DNA of 64,000 nucleotides from Octopus sinensis (lineage: Eukaryota), in NCBI RefSeq assembly GCF_006345805.1, contig NC_043024.1, positions 15,500,001 through 15,564,000 on the forward strand. Reading direction: 5' to 3'. The notes beneath the pieces are model-generated. The model did no database searches and had not been told where the DNA came from. It was given only the letters and a program-made list of their open reading frames with translations. Positions 13,125 through 24,779 of this stretch are shown here, piece after piece (position 1 is the first letter of the stretch; each line of letters begins with the position of its first letter). The translations under genes and the position numbers were made by a program.

Positions 13125-13756
13125 AAAGAGTGAAATAGAGAGTAAGGCCTGAAACTTTGGGGGAGGAGACTAGTTGATTTACTCAACCCCCGCATTTCAC
13201 TAGTACCTAATTTATTGACCCCAAAAAGATAAAAGGCAAAGTTGACCTTGGTGGAATTTGAACTCAGAACATAAAGATGGACGAATTGCACTAAGCATTT
13301 TGCGTAGCTTGCTAACGATTCTGCCAGCTCGCTGCCTTAATGATAATAAAAATAGTCTTTCTACTCTAGGCACAAGGCCTGAAATTTTGGGGGAGGAGGC
13401 CAGTTGATTAGATCGATCCCAGTATGCAACTGGTACTTAATTTATCGACCCCGAAAGGATGAAAGGCGATGTCAACCTTGGCAGAATTTGAACTCAGAAT
13501 GTAAAGACAGATGAAATGCCACTAAGCATTTCACCTGGCGTGCTAACCATTCTGCCAGTTCGCCACCTTAATAATAATAATGATAATAATAATAATAATG
13601 ATAATAATCCTTTCTACTAAAGGCACAAGGCCTGAAATTTGGCCGAGGGAAATGGTCAATTACATCGACCCCAGTATTTCATTAGTACTTAATTTATTGA
13701 TCCCAAAAGGATGAAAGGCAAAGTCAACCTTGGCAGAATTTGAACACAAAACATAA

Positions 13757-13796
<40 letters not shown>

Positions 13797-14030
13797 TAAT
13801 AATAATAATAATAATAATCTTTTCTACTAAAAGTACAAGGCCTGAAATTTGGTGGGAGGGGGCTAGTTGATTATATCGGCTCCAGTGTATCACTGGTGCT
13901 TAATTTATCAACCCCCGAAAGGATGAAGGGCAAAGTTGTCTTCAGTGGAATTTGAACTCTGAACAAGATAGACATGTTGCTAAGTATGTTGCCCAGTGTG
14001 TTAACAATTCTGCCAACTCACTGCCTTTTG
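13125..14030 (-). mobile_element. Head-to-tail array of four SINE-B copies joined by (TAA)n
   Basis: Repeated aggcctgaaatttt...ctggtacttaatttat...aaaggcaaagt...gaatttgaactcagaac...ctgccagctcgc. Confidence 0.85.
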
Positions 14031-14139
14031 TCACCTTAATCATTATAACATGCAAAAAAAAAAAAAAAGCTGGTATGAACACTAACTTAAACCAGCAGTT
14101 AAAAATAACAACATTACAATTTTTGGAACCTACTGCAAA

Positions 14140-14707
14140 ATATTATTACTTAGGACATGAGATACTATTACTAAGGACACCAGATATTAGTAAGAACACC
14201 AGATGTATTTACTAAGGACACCAGATATTATTACTAAGGACACCAGATATTATTAGTAAGGACACCAGATATTATTACTAAGGACACCAGATATTATTAG
14301 TAAGAACACCAGATATATTTACTAAGGACACCAGATATTATTAGTAAGAACACCAGATATATTTACTAAGGACACCAGATATTATTAGTAAGAACACCAG
14401 ATACTATTACTAAGGACACCAGATATTATTAGTAAGAACACCAGATATTATTAGTAAGAACACCAGATATATTTACTAAGGACACCAGATATTATTAGTA
14501 AGAACACCAGATATATTTACTAAGGACACCAGATATTATTAGTAAGAACACCAGATATATTTACTAAGGACACCAGATATTATTAGTAAGAACACCAGAT
14601 ATTATTACTAAGGACACCATATATTACTACCAAGGACACCGTATATTATTATTAAGGACACCAGATATATTTACTAAGGACACCAGATATTATTACTAAG
14701 GACACCA
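14140..14707 (+). repeat. 22-bp minisatellite (about 25 units)
   Basis: Unit ccagatattattactaaggaca, with alternating variants (tattattag-taagaaca / tatatttac-taaggaca). Confidence 0.92.
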
Positions 14708-14992
14708 TAAACTAGACCTGCCTACTTATGGATATGTCACTACCATCTGACAAAAATGTACCGGGCAAGGAATACCATAAACTTTTCAAGTATAAAGACC
14801 TTGAAATTGAAATAAGCAAGATGCGGCACATGAAGATGGAAACAATACCAGTTGTGACTGGATTACTTAGGGTCCAAGAAAACCATCAGTGGTTTCCTTG
14901 GAAAAATTCTAGGAATATCTAGCATATACAAAATCAAGGAAATAGTATTAACTAACAAGGTTCATGCTTTACATCAGTTCTTGTCTTTGTAA
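14685..14992 (+). mobile_element. RLE-type (R4/Dong-like) LINE C-terminal endonuclease remnant
   Basis: PDIITKD...CLLMDMSLPSDKNVPGKEYHKLFKYKDLEIEISKMRHMKMETIPVVTG...IKEIVLT...HAL..FLSL*, the PD-(D/E)xK restriction-like endonuclease pattern of RLE non-LTR elements. Confidence 0.8.
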
Positions 14993-15194
14993 TCTATTTT
15001 CCGGAAACTTCTTTCCCTCTGTTATTACTTAAGCTGGAGAATGAAAACCCAAGAGTACAGGAAGCTGTGCTGACTAATAACATTACACAACAATGTCCAC
15101 CCTAGGTTACTGGTTGTTGCTTGTTAAGTCTTTGGTATGAAGACAATACCAAAGGGGGAGAAGGAGGAGGAAGAGAAAAGAAGAACTGCAGAAT

Positions 15195-16150
15195 CAGCAC
15201 AGGTATAACATGTTGAAACAAAGATCTGATATTGATTTCAAAAGGTTGCTGATGGTTATTGGGGAACTAAAACAACAAGTGCAAGATGAGAGCAAAAAAA
15301 AGACAGAAAAATCACTTGATATGATGAGAGAATTAAACAGTACAGCACAGACAGACTTCAAAATTCACAAAAAATTATTTATTGAAGAGTAAATGTAGAA
15401 ATAGAGAAAGATACATACATCCCAAATGTGGAAAAAACAGTTAAAGACTTTGGGACAAGAAGGAAAGAGGAAACACAGAACACTAAGGCAGAGTGGTACA
15501 CATCGTGTAAAACAAACCAACGTAAATTCTTGGCAAGAAGACTTTAAGAAAGGAGGATGGGCAAGTGGAAAGCAACAGGCCCAGATAGGGTTCAGGGGTA
15601 CTGGGTGAAGAAATTTATAGAATGTCATGAAATGATTATTATGACCCCTTTCAGTCATGAATGACCATGGGATTGCACCTAGGAAGTTACCCTCCGAGGC
15701 ACAAGTCCGGGCAAGGTTGTTTATGGAAGACCAGCAGTCGCCCATGCATACTAGCCTCTCCTCTCTATGCCACCAGTGTTATCCAAGGGAAAGGCAAGTG
15801 ACGCATAACTTATTTCTACAGCTGAGTAAACTGGAGCAACATGAAAATAAAGTGTCTTGCTCAAGAACACAACAAACAGCATGGTCCAGGAATCAAACTC
15901 ACAACCTCACAATTGTAAGCTTGATGCTCTAACCACTGAGCCATGAGCCTTCACTCATGAAAGGATAGTGGAATGATTAAACGTATTCCTTCAAGATCAC
16001 AAAGGAATTCCAGGCTGGATGACCAGAGACAGAACAATATTGTGCTAAAGAGAAGCATCAAGTAGAGATTCTGTTGATAAGTTTAGGCCAATAACCTTGT
16101 CTGTCCATCACAGGGATGCTGTTGGCCAAAATACTGCCAGATGAACAGTA
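15195..16150 (+). mobile_element. Degenerate R4/Dong-like LINE, N-terminal region to RT start, interrupted by a SINE
   Basis: VIGELKQQ...; NTKAEW; RRMGKWKATGPDRVQGYWVKKF; after the nested SINE, IPGWMTRDRTILC*REASSRDSVDKFRPIT. These match the WKAPGPDGVQGYW and WMT.GRT.L...NYRPI motifs of this clade. Confidence 0.75.
15645..15955 (-). mobile_element. tRNA-derived SINE family E
   Basis: tRNA head ggctcatggctcagtggttagagcatc...gagtttgattcc on the minus strand. A second copy lies at about 47150-47485. Confidence 0.7.
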
Positions 16151-16151
16151 T

Positions 16152-16494
16152 GTGTTCATGGACCAGAAGAGATACTGGCACTCCGTCAGTTACGACAATG
16201 AGGTTTCCAGTTGATCAGATCAACGGAACAGCCTTCTCATGAAATTAACATGCAAGTGGCTGAGCACTCCACAGACTCGTGTACCCTTAATGTAGTTCTC
16301 AGGAAGATTCTGTATGGCACAGAATGCAACAAGACCGGTCCTTTGAAATACAGGTACTACTCATTTTTGCCAGCTGAGTGGACAGGAGCAATGTGAAATA
16401 AAGTTTCTTGCTCAAGGACACAACACATCGCTGGGAATTGAACTGACGGCCTTATGATCATGAGCTGAATACCCTAACCACTAAGCCATGTGCC
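16152..16494 (-). mobile_element. tRNA-derived SINE family G
   Basis: Head ggcacatggcttagtggttagggtattcagc...gttcaattccc; body cttgagcaag...cagctggcaaaaatgag. Related copies lie at about 23680-24000(+) and 51985-52215(-). Confidence 0.7.
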
Positions 16495-16535
16495 AGAATA
16501 ACATTTAACAGGAAGAGTGTAAAGGGTGTAAACAT

Positions 16536-16912
16536 GTAGGAGTGGCTTGCTTACAAACCAAATGGTTCCGGGTTCAATCCCACTGCATGGCACTTTGGGC
16601 AAGTGTCTTCTACTATAGCCTCAGGCCGACCAAAGCCTTATGAGTGGATTGGTAGACGGAAACTGAAAGAAGCCCGTCGTATATATGTATATGTATATGT
16701 GTATGTATGTGTGCATATGTTTGTGGTCTGTTTGTCCCCACAACATCGCTTGACAACCGATGCTGGTGTGTTTATGTCCCCGTCACTTAGCAGTTCGGCA
16801 AGATAGACCGATAGAATAAGTACTAGGCTTACAAAGAATAAGCTCTGGGGTCGATTTGCTTGACTACAGCTTCAGCATGGCCACAGTCACATGACTGAAA
16901 CAAGTAAAAGAG
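16536..16912 (+). mobile_element. SINE family A
   Basis: Matches the family A body and tail. Confidence 0.85.
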
Positions 16913-17561
16913 TATGAATGAAGAGGAGTCAAAGATTAACTGGTGATAGACCAGACAGTCTTGAAAGAGGGCAGAAGATACAACATGACCTTAGTGACAG
17001 GGTGGATAGACAACCAGAAGGCATATGATATGGTTCTTTGTTCATAGATTCTGGGTTGCTTGAAAATACTTGGAATTGCATGCAATATTGTCAATCTTTT
17101 GAACTGAAATATGAATGGATGGACCACTGAAATCACATCAAATGTGGAATCTTTCAAGGAGATATATCAACAGAAATATAGTTCCAAACATGAAGTCCCT
17201 CAACAAAAGACAGATTGGTATATATAACTGTTTCCTGCGGTTAAATGCTAATGAAATTTCGAGTGGATATAATTCATTTCTGCAGTAAAAGTGTAACTCT
17301 TTAGCTGCCAAGTTAAATTTCATGATTATTCCAATAATAATGAAAGATATCTTCCAAATAACACCGTGGAACAAAATCTTATATAAAATTTTCTATTGTG
17401 GTCAGTAAGTGTTATTTTCTATTTGCCTCTATCTAGAAATTAAAGGAAATCATTATTATTCCCTTCAAACTTTGCTTTTGTCACCTGGACATCAATGTTT
17501 TCAAGTTGACCTATTTTCCATTACATTTTTACACAGATTCAGTGCTGAGTTGCTGAAGCAG

Positions 17562-18130
17562 AAATATCGTTATAGCAAGTATTCTGTTCAATACCACAGA
17601 TTTGCTTGTCAGTTGCTTGACCTTAAACCACATGAGCATGTCCCTTGGTGGCTGACAATATGTGCATCTCTGAATATGAGCAGGAGTAGTGGGGGAGGCG
17701 TTATAGCCATGTGTTGAGAGGGATTCTTTGGGGTTTGAATAAATATAAGAAAAGTAAAATTTGAAGGAAATATTAGCTATTTTTCTTTCTTTCTAAGGGT
17801 AAGCAAACAGGAAATAAGAGTTGCTACCTAAGGACAAAAAATATTGTTATAGCAAATATTCTGCTCAATATCACAGGTTTTGTTTGCCAGTTGCTTGACC
17901 TTAACCAGTTGAGCATGCCCCTTAGAGACTGACAATATGTGCATCTCTAAATCACAAGCAGGAGTAGTGGCAGAGCATCATAGCCCTATGTTGAGAGGGA
18001 TTCTTTGGGGTTTGAATAAATGTAGCGAAAGCAAAGTTTGAAGGAGATATTAGCCATTTTCCATACTTTCTAGGGGTAAACGAATAGGATATAACAATTG
18101 CTACCCAAAGACAAAAATCTTGTTACAGCA
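17562..18130 (+). repeat. Old tandem duplication (about 277-bp unit) containing a family-D 5' fragment
   Basis: aaatat(c/t)gttatagcaa...gagagggattctttggggtttgaataaat...tttgaagga...gctacc recurs at 17562, 17839 and (partially) 18115. Confidence 0.8.
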
Positions 18131-18381
18131 TTATTGTTTGTGTATTTTCTGCAAGTCATGTTGCTTCAATAAGCTAGAGATATCTCGACAAAAAAATTTC
18201 CAAATGTGACATTCCTGAACAAAAGACAGACTGGCATATAAAACTGCTTTCTACAGTTAAGGGCAATGACATTTTGAGTGAATATATCTGATTTCTGCAG
18301 TAAAAGGCTTTAAAATTTTTGACCCTTTGCAGTTGTTTTTTAAATTATAATATTAAAAAAAAAAACAGAAAAATGTCTTAC

Positions 18382-18612
18382 CATCCTTTTTGTAATATAA
18401 TATTTCCACTTGTTTTTCTTCAGATCCCTGTACAGCTTCTTTGATCTGTACAATAGCATAGGCATTTGTTAGCGGTCCGTGAAGGAAGTCACACAGGCAA
18501 GATTTTTGCATGACCTCCGCCCGCGAATATCCTGTCAACTCACAAAATCCATCGTTGCAAAATATTATGGGTATATTCTCAACCTGAGCATTTGCGATTA
18601 AGAACTTACGAT
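18382..18612 (-). CDS. KCNH2: Internal coding exon (PAS/eag domain) of an ERG-subfamily (KCNH2/6/7-like) voltage-gated K+ channel
   Basis: Translates (x)[79 protein letters not shown], closely matching hERG exon 2 ([46 protein letters not shown]...EERKVEIAFYRKDG). Acceptor is a polypyrimidine tract + ttttgcag; donor is GATG|GTAAGA. The exon is 231 bp, phase 1-1, like hERG exon 2. RKF/VEN/CDFLHGP favour ERG over EAG/ELK. The symbol denotes the subfamily, not strict orthology. Confidence 0.95.
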
Positions 18613-18960
18613 CTGCAAAAGACAAAAAAGAAAAGATGGAAGAAAATGAAACAGATGTAAAAAAAAATTTTTTTAATGCAATACAGAGATGAAATATTTT
18701 ACTAACAATCTGCGATTCTTCAGGGAATATAGCTTTTCCATTTAATTAAATTGATCAATTAAACAGACAGGAATAAATGGTGTGGGAGAAATGAGGGAGA
18801 GGTAAAGGATAAGTTAAAAACAACAGAGTAAGAGAGTAATGTCTGTTTTCTATGTTGGCATGGGTCAGATCAGGGGTTCTTCACCATTTTTCAACTATGG
18901 ACCCCTTTGATTACTATTTTATTCTGGTGGACCCTCATAGCCATTCGATGTTTAAAAACT

Positions 18961-19243
18961 CACTGAATTATAGATATATACAATACGAAGTCGAGACAAA
19001 TATCGCCAGCTGACTGGTGTCTGCTACTCTAGGCCGATGAAGGACAATGATCCTGAAACACATGTCCCTAGATGCAGCTCCGGCGGCCGGGGTGTTTGTC
19101 TCCCCTTCATAAATGTATATAAGGACACAGGGAAAAAATGTGTCAAAGCCATCAGGAGGCGTCGATGCTTCCTAGGGCTATACAGCGGTGGTGTACTCCC
19201 CTACTGTCACGTTCGTGTTAGATTGACAGTATACAACCATCCA
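18961..19243 (+). mobile_element. 283-bp TSD-flanked retro-insertion containing a hammerhead (probable Penelope-like element fragment)
   Basis: Flanked by a perfect 10-bp direct repeat tttaaaaact (18951-18960 and 19244-19253). CpG-rich relative to background. Confidence 0.7.
19021..19078 (+). ncRNA. Type I minimal hammerhead ribozyme motif (Penelope-type), core CCGAUGA
   Basis: Stem I tctagg/cctaga (extendable by ctgc/gcag); core CCGATGA; stem II agga-caatga-tcct; GAA; stem III AC-acat-GT with palindromic acatgt; cleavage triplet GUC. Confidence 0.75.
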
Positions 19244-19734
19244 TTTAAAAACTAGTCTTATAGAAACTGCTTTCAAAATTCATATTTTGTTTTTCACACA
19301 TTCGTGTAGGTTGAACTCTGTAAAACATAAAAGAAAGAAACTGAGATGTTTCTTACAATCATCATCATCATCATTTAATATCCACTGTCCATGCTGGCAT
19401 GGGTTTAACGGATTTACCAAAGTAGGCAAGCTGGGGACCTGCCCCAGATTCCAGTCTGATTTGGCATAGCGTCTATGGCTGGCTGCCCTTCCACATACAT
19501 CTAAACCAAATTTTTCACGGGGGGACCTTAAATTACTATTGCAGATCCCCAATTTACCATTTTGATGTGAAGATCCCACAAATTTTTTATGTGGACCCTC
19601 ATTGGTCACATGGACCCTGGCTGAAAACCACTGGGTTTGACAGTTCAAGTGGACCTGACAATCCACAGGACTGCATCAAACTCCAATGTATTCTTTAGCA
19701 TGATTTCCACAATTGGATGCTCTTCCTAATGATA

Positions 19735-19945
19735 TGCAGCCCTAGGAAATAAAGTTTTAAGTTTTTCAGCCTTTCCCATTAGCTGACCAGAAACATTAAG
19801 ACCATCTTCTTCATGGCGCTTCACTGGATTACTTTGAGTTCTGCCATTAATTTTATCCTGTGTGATGGAGAGTGGTGAGCATAGTTGGGAGCAGTAGTCT
19901 AAGTGGTTGAGATCAAACGTCCTCAAGAGGATCATCATGGTTTGT
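19735..19945 (-). mobile_element. CR1/L2-like LINE RT C-terminal remnant
   Basis: ILLRTFDLNHLDYCSQLCSP and, in another frame, S*WERLKNLKLY match the L.HLDYCSQLWSP and SYWERLK.L.LYSL motifs. Confidence 0.7.
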
Positions 19946-21172
19946 AGGGCCCAAGAGATTGGTGGGACGAAAGGATGAATTCATCCTCAAACCAAACAGC
20001 AAGTCCCTATAATGCAAGCAATGGAGGGGGACCTACTAAAGACATCCAAGGTGCAATGAGGGTAGGGTTAAACTGCATGGCAGACTAAGTCTGCAATGAA
20101 ATAGAATAGAAGGGGCTAAAACAAACACAAAGTATTTTTGTCCGATATTCTGTCAGTCCCCTGCTATAGACTGGTATTTTATCTTGTCAACCCCTAAAAA
20201 GATGAAAAGCAAAATTACCATAGGTAGGATTTGAACTCAGGACATAGAGAGCTGGAACAAGTACAACAAAGTCCTAACAATTCCTCCAAACAAACACCTT
20301 AAGTAGGTATTTTATATTATCAACCCCCAAAAGGATAAAAGTCAAAATTAACCTTCCTTGCCAGGATTTGAACTCAAAATGAATAGTATTGGAACAAATA
20401 CCACAAGATATTTCATCTCGTGCCCTAACAACTCTACCACTTCGCTACCATAAATTAATTAAAATGCTCATTAATAAATTCCATGTATACAAAAGCGTTT
20501 TATTGAAATAATTAAAATAATATCAATAATTGAGTTAATGATGTCTTTTAAGTTACCGTCTTATTTATAATTAAGTATTTAATGATCACAATATTAATTT
20601 GTGTTAATGATAACTTAACTATTGGTTTACATTGCAGATAGCATCTATAAGTAATAAACATCAATAACTTTTTTTTTCATAATTTTAAATGCCTTTCCAA
20701 TAACAAGAAATTTGAACTCAGTACAATTTCTCATACTTTATGTTCTATGTGGAATTTTGCTTTATGTTTGAACAATTCTGGTAACCCCCACATCATAACG
20801 GATGCAGGCATGACTGTGTGGTAATAAGCTTGCTTCCCAAACCACATGGTTCCGGGTTCAGTCCCACTTCATGGCACTTTGACCAACTGTCTTCTACTAT
20901 AGCCTCAAGCTGGCCAAAGTCTTGTGAGTGGATATGGGAGACAGAAACTGAAAGAAACCCATCATATGTGTGTGTGTCCGTGTGTCCCACCACCACTTGA
21001 CAACTGGTGTTGGTGTGTTTACATTCTTGTAACTTAGCAGTTTGGCAAGAGAGAACAGTAGAATAAGTACCAGATGCTTAGCAGTATTTCGTCTGCCACT
21101 ATGTTCTGAGTTAAAATTCTGCCAATGTCGACTTTACCTTTCATCCTTCCAGGGTCGATAAAATAAGTATAA

Positions 21173-21479
21173 CTAGCAGTATCGCCCGGCATTGCTTGGG
21201 TTTGTAAGGGAAATAACTATATAAGCATTTTTAGAAAGTTACTTCCCTTATATAACCCGAGCATAAATCATTAAAAATGCGGAAAAATGATGGTAAATTT
21301 TTTTTTTAATCATAGACTCATCGTAGACGTGCGCTAATTCCCAGAAGGGCTCGATATGAATGACGACTATAAGATACCTGCTTTTGGTTAAACTGCACCG
21401 CAAATTGTGGGAGTAGTTAGGAATCTAAATCGGAGGAGACAGAGTCTCACACACACAACTTCAATTTTATATATAAAGA
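21173..21479 (-). mobile_element. Non-autonomous Helitron inserted into a SINE-B copy
   Basis: Minus strand A|TCTTTATATATAAAA...cccaagcaatgccgggcgatactgCTAG|T. It has a 5' TC, a 3' CTAG, a subterminal hairpin and an A|T insertion site with no TSD. The SINE sequence resumes across it. Confidence 0.8.
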
Positions 21480-21581
21480 TTTGAACACTGGAGTTAATAT
21501 AATCAACTCATCCCCACCTCCCCCAAGCTGCCTTTGTGGAAAAATCTGAAATAATTATTATTGTTATTATCACTATTATTT

Positions 21582-22600
21582 AAGGTGGAGAGCTGGCAGA
21601 ATCGTTAGCATGCCGGGCAAAATGCTTAGTGGCGTTTCACCCATCGCTACATTCCAAGTTCAAATTCCGCTGAGGTTGACTTTGCCTTTCATCCTTTTGG
21701 GGGTGGATGAAATAAGTACCATTTACTCACTGGGGTCGATGAAATTGACTATCCCCATCCCCCAAAATTTCAGGCCTTATGCCTATAGTAGAAAGGATTA
21801 TTATTATTATTATTAATTACTACTACTACTATAAGGCAGTGAGCTGGCAGAATTGTTATCAAGCTGGACGAAATGCTTGGCGGTATTTCGTCCGTTGCTA
21901 CGTTCTGAGTTCAAATCCCACCTCGGTCGACTTTACCTTTCATCTTGCCAGGGTTGATAAAATAAGTACCAGTTGAACACTGGGGGGGGTCAATGTAATT
22001 GATTCATCCCCTCCCCCAAAATTGCTGCCCTTGTGGCAAAATTTTAAACCATTATTATTATTATTATCATTATTACAACTACAAAGTTGCGAGCTGGCAC
22101 AAACGTTAGCAGGCCGGGCGAAATGCTTAGCAGTATTTCATCTACTGTTACGTTCTGATTTCAAATTCCGCTGAGGGCAACTTTGCCTTTCATCTTTTCA
22201 CGGTCGATGAATTAAGTACCTATTTCTTTACTACCCACAAGAGGCTAAACACAGAGGGGACAAACAAGGACAGGCAAACGAATTAAGTTGTTTACATAGA
22301 CCCCAGTGTGTAACTGGTACTTAATTTATCGACCCCGAAAGGATGAAAGGCAAAGTTGACCTCGGCGAAATTTGAACTCAGAACGTAACAGCAGACGAAA
22401 TACGGCTATGCATTTTGCCTGGCGTGCTAACGTTTCTGCCAGCTCGCCACCTGAATTAAGTACCAGTACTAGATGAATTAAGTACCAGTTATGCACTGGG
22501 CTTGATGTAATCGACTTAATCCCTTTGTCTGTCCTTGTTTGTCCTCTCTATGTTTAACCCCTATGTGGGCAATAAAGAAATAAGAAACATTAGCATGCTG
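21582..22600. mobile_element. SINE-B array; the third copy is interrupted by an inverted SINE-B (22221-22451)
   Basis: Three + copies joined by (ATT)n. The nested minus copy is flanked by a 13-bp TSD tgaattaagtacc (22208-22220 and 22452-22464). Confidence 0.82.
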
Positions 22601-23999
22601 GGTTAAATGCTCAACAGCATTTCATCTGTCTTTATGCTCTGAGTTCAAATTCTGCCATGGTCCACTTTGTCTTTTATCCCTCCTGGGTTGATAAAATGAG
22701 TACCAGCTGAACACTTGGGGGCAATATAACTGACCTGCCCTCTCAAATCAAAATTTGTTGGCTTTGCACCAAAATTTGAAAGAATTATTATCATCGTCAT
22801 TCTTTCTGTTATTGATAATAATAATTTTCTTAATTTAGCAACACCACCAAAAACAACAAGACTGCAATCCATCATAGTATTTAGTTTTGCAGACGTATGT
22901 TTACTTCAATAATAAATAATTTCTAAGCGAAATTCCTTTAATAGTTTATGTTGCTTACAGCGTTCAATTAAAATCCACAATCAATATAATAACAAGTTTA
23001 TTGAATAACGAGCTATTGAAGAAGACAATCGCAGCAGCTTAATCAAAAGATTGTATTGAAATTTAGAAATAATAATGATATTTAACGATCAATAAATAAT
23101 ACAAGAGAAATTGTGGAAAATTTTTCTATATAATAAAGAATTTAGAATAAATAAATAGATGAAATAAAAATAATGAAAAATAAGCAAATATACTTTATAG
23201 AAAGAAAATATCAACAACAATAATAATAATAATAATATATGGTTATCTAAATATATGATTACTTGAGAAATAAACACACACACACAAACACATTCACACA
23301 CAAATACACATACATGCACACATAATAAACTATGCACACACATGCACATAGAGAAAATAAATAAATTAAAGTAAAATAAAATAATATTATTGCAGACACT
23401 TGAGAAAAACTGACATTTAACATAAATTGGAATAAAAAGAATTGAAGCAAAAAACGTAAAATTAATATTTGGAAGAGAGTAAAAAATATTTAAAAAAATA
23501 ATTTTTCTTTCTTTTCTTTTTTTTATCTCTTTATGCAAACCAATTATATTTTAATGCAAAATGTTAAAATCGCAAATATTTACTGCGGAGTGACATTTTA
23601 AGAAATGCTATTTCTAAAATTATACAGACAGAACAAAATAACATTAAAAGTATAAATTATCTTCTTTTTATCTTTTGACTTGTGAAGGCTCGTGGCTTAG
23701 TGGTTAGGGATATTCAGTTCACGACTGTAAGGTATTGGGTTCAATTCTCAGTGGCAGATTGTGTCCCTGAGCAAGACACTTTATTTCATATTGTTCCATT
23801 CTACTCAGCCAGCCAAAATGAATTGTACCAGTAATTCAAAAGCACCAGCTATGTCACATTGACTCTTCCTGAGAACTACATTAAGGATATGCATGTCTGT
23901 GGAGCACTCAGCCACTTGCATGTTAATTTCACAAGTGAGCTGTTCCATTGATTGAATCAAGTGAAACATTCATTGACTGAAATATCTTTTGACTTGTTT

Positions 24000-24510
24000 C
24001 AGTCAGTGGACTGTGGCCAAGCTGGAGGATGGCTCTAAGTGGTTTAGTCAAACAGATTGATCTCAGTCTATGGTACTTATTCTTTCAGTCTCTTTTGCCA
24101 TGTGACAATGTTACAAGGATGTAGACAAACCAACACCGGTTGTGGTGGAACAGTCATAATCACAAACATGGAATTCATAAAACACACACACACACATACA
24201 CGACAGGCTTCTTTCAGTTTCTGTCAACCAAATCTACTCAGAAAACCCTGGCTCAGGGTTTACAGGGTCTTCAGGAATGTAGAACCACCTATTTCTTTAC
24301 TACCCACAAGGGGCCAAACACAGAGAGGACAGACAAATGGATTAAATCGATTACATTGACCCCAGTGCGTAACTGGTACTTAATTTATCGACCCCGAAAG
24401 GATGAAAGGCAAAGTCGACCTCGGCGGAATTTGAACTCAGAATGTTACGGCAGACGAAATATGGCTATGCACTTCGCCCTGCATGCTAACGTTTCTGCCA
24501 GCTCGCTGTT
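24000..24510 (-). mobile_element. SINE-A fragment followed by a SINE-B copy (both minus)
   Basis: Reverse-complement matches to both families. Confidence 0.75.
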
Positions 24511-24779
24511 TAGCCGTTATTGTTCCATGATCTACTCTGACCCTGGATTGGTAACACCTGTCAGGGTACCAGCTTTGGGGGCTTATTAACATATTAGAGT
24601 TTGATTACTGATACAGTTGAAAACTGGATCTGGCAGATTCTGCAGAAGAAAACTTGGTAGTTCGACAGAGAGGAAGACAATTACGGCTTGCAGCAACACA
24701 TTGTGAAGCACAAAGAGCCAGATGAAGAAAACGGGACATCCTGGTCCTCTACTGCATCCATCTCCATCGCTATATATAA

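Larger units (their letters stand above)
18871..19633. mobile_element. hAT (Charlie-like) MITE carrying two nested insertions
   Basis: TIRs caggggttcttcacc / ggctgaaaaccactg; subterminal atggaccc motifs; degenerate 8-bp TSD ggtcagat/ggtttgac. Confidence 0.65.

Noticed and set aside
14140-14707. CRISPR-like array
   Set aside because: Contiguous tandem units with no unique spacers, in eukaryotic context; it is a minisatellite.
1-18381. Search for the next ERG exon (...PVKNE.G.V.MFILNFE)
   Set aside because: No convincing match or splice-flanked ORF was found, so it is probably outside the window.
18353-18625. ORF-track protein MSFADRKF...KTFFCFFF as a standalone gene
   Set aside because: The ends (MSFA and KTFFCFFF) are intronic read-through; only 18382-18612 lies between splice sites.
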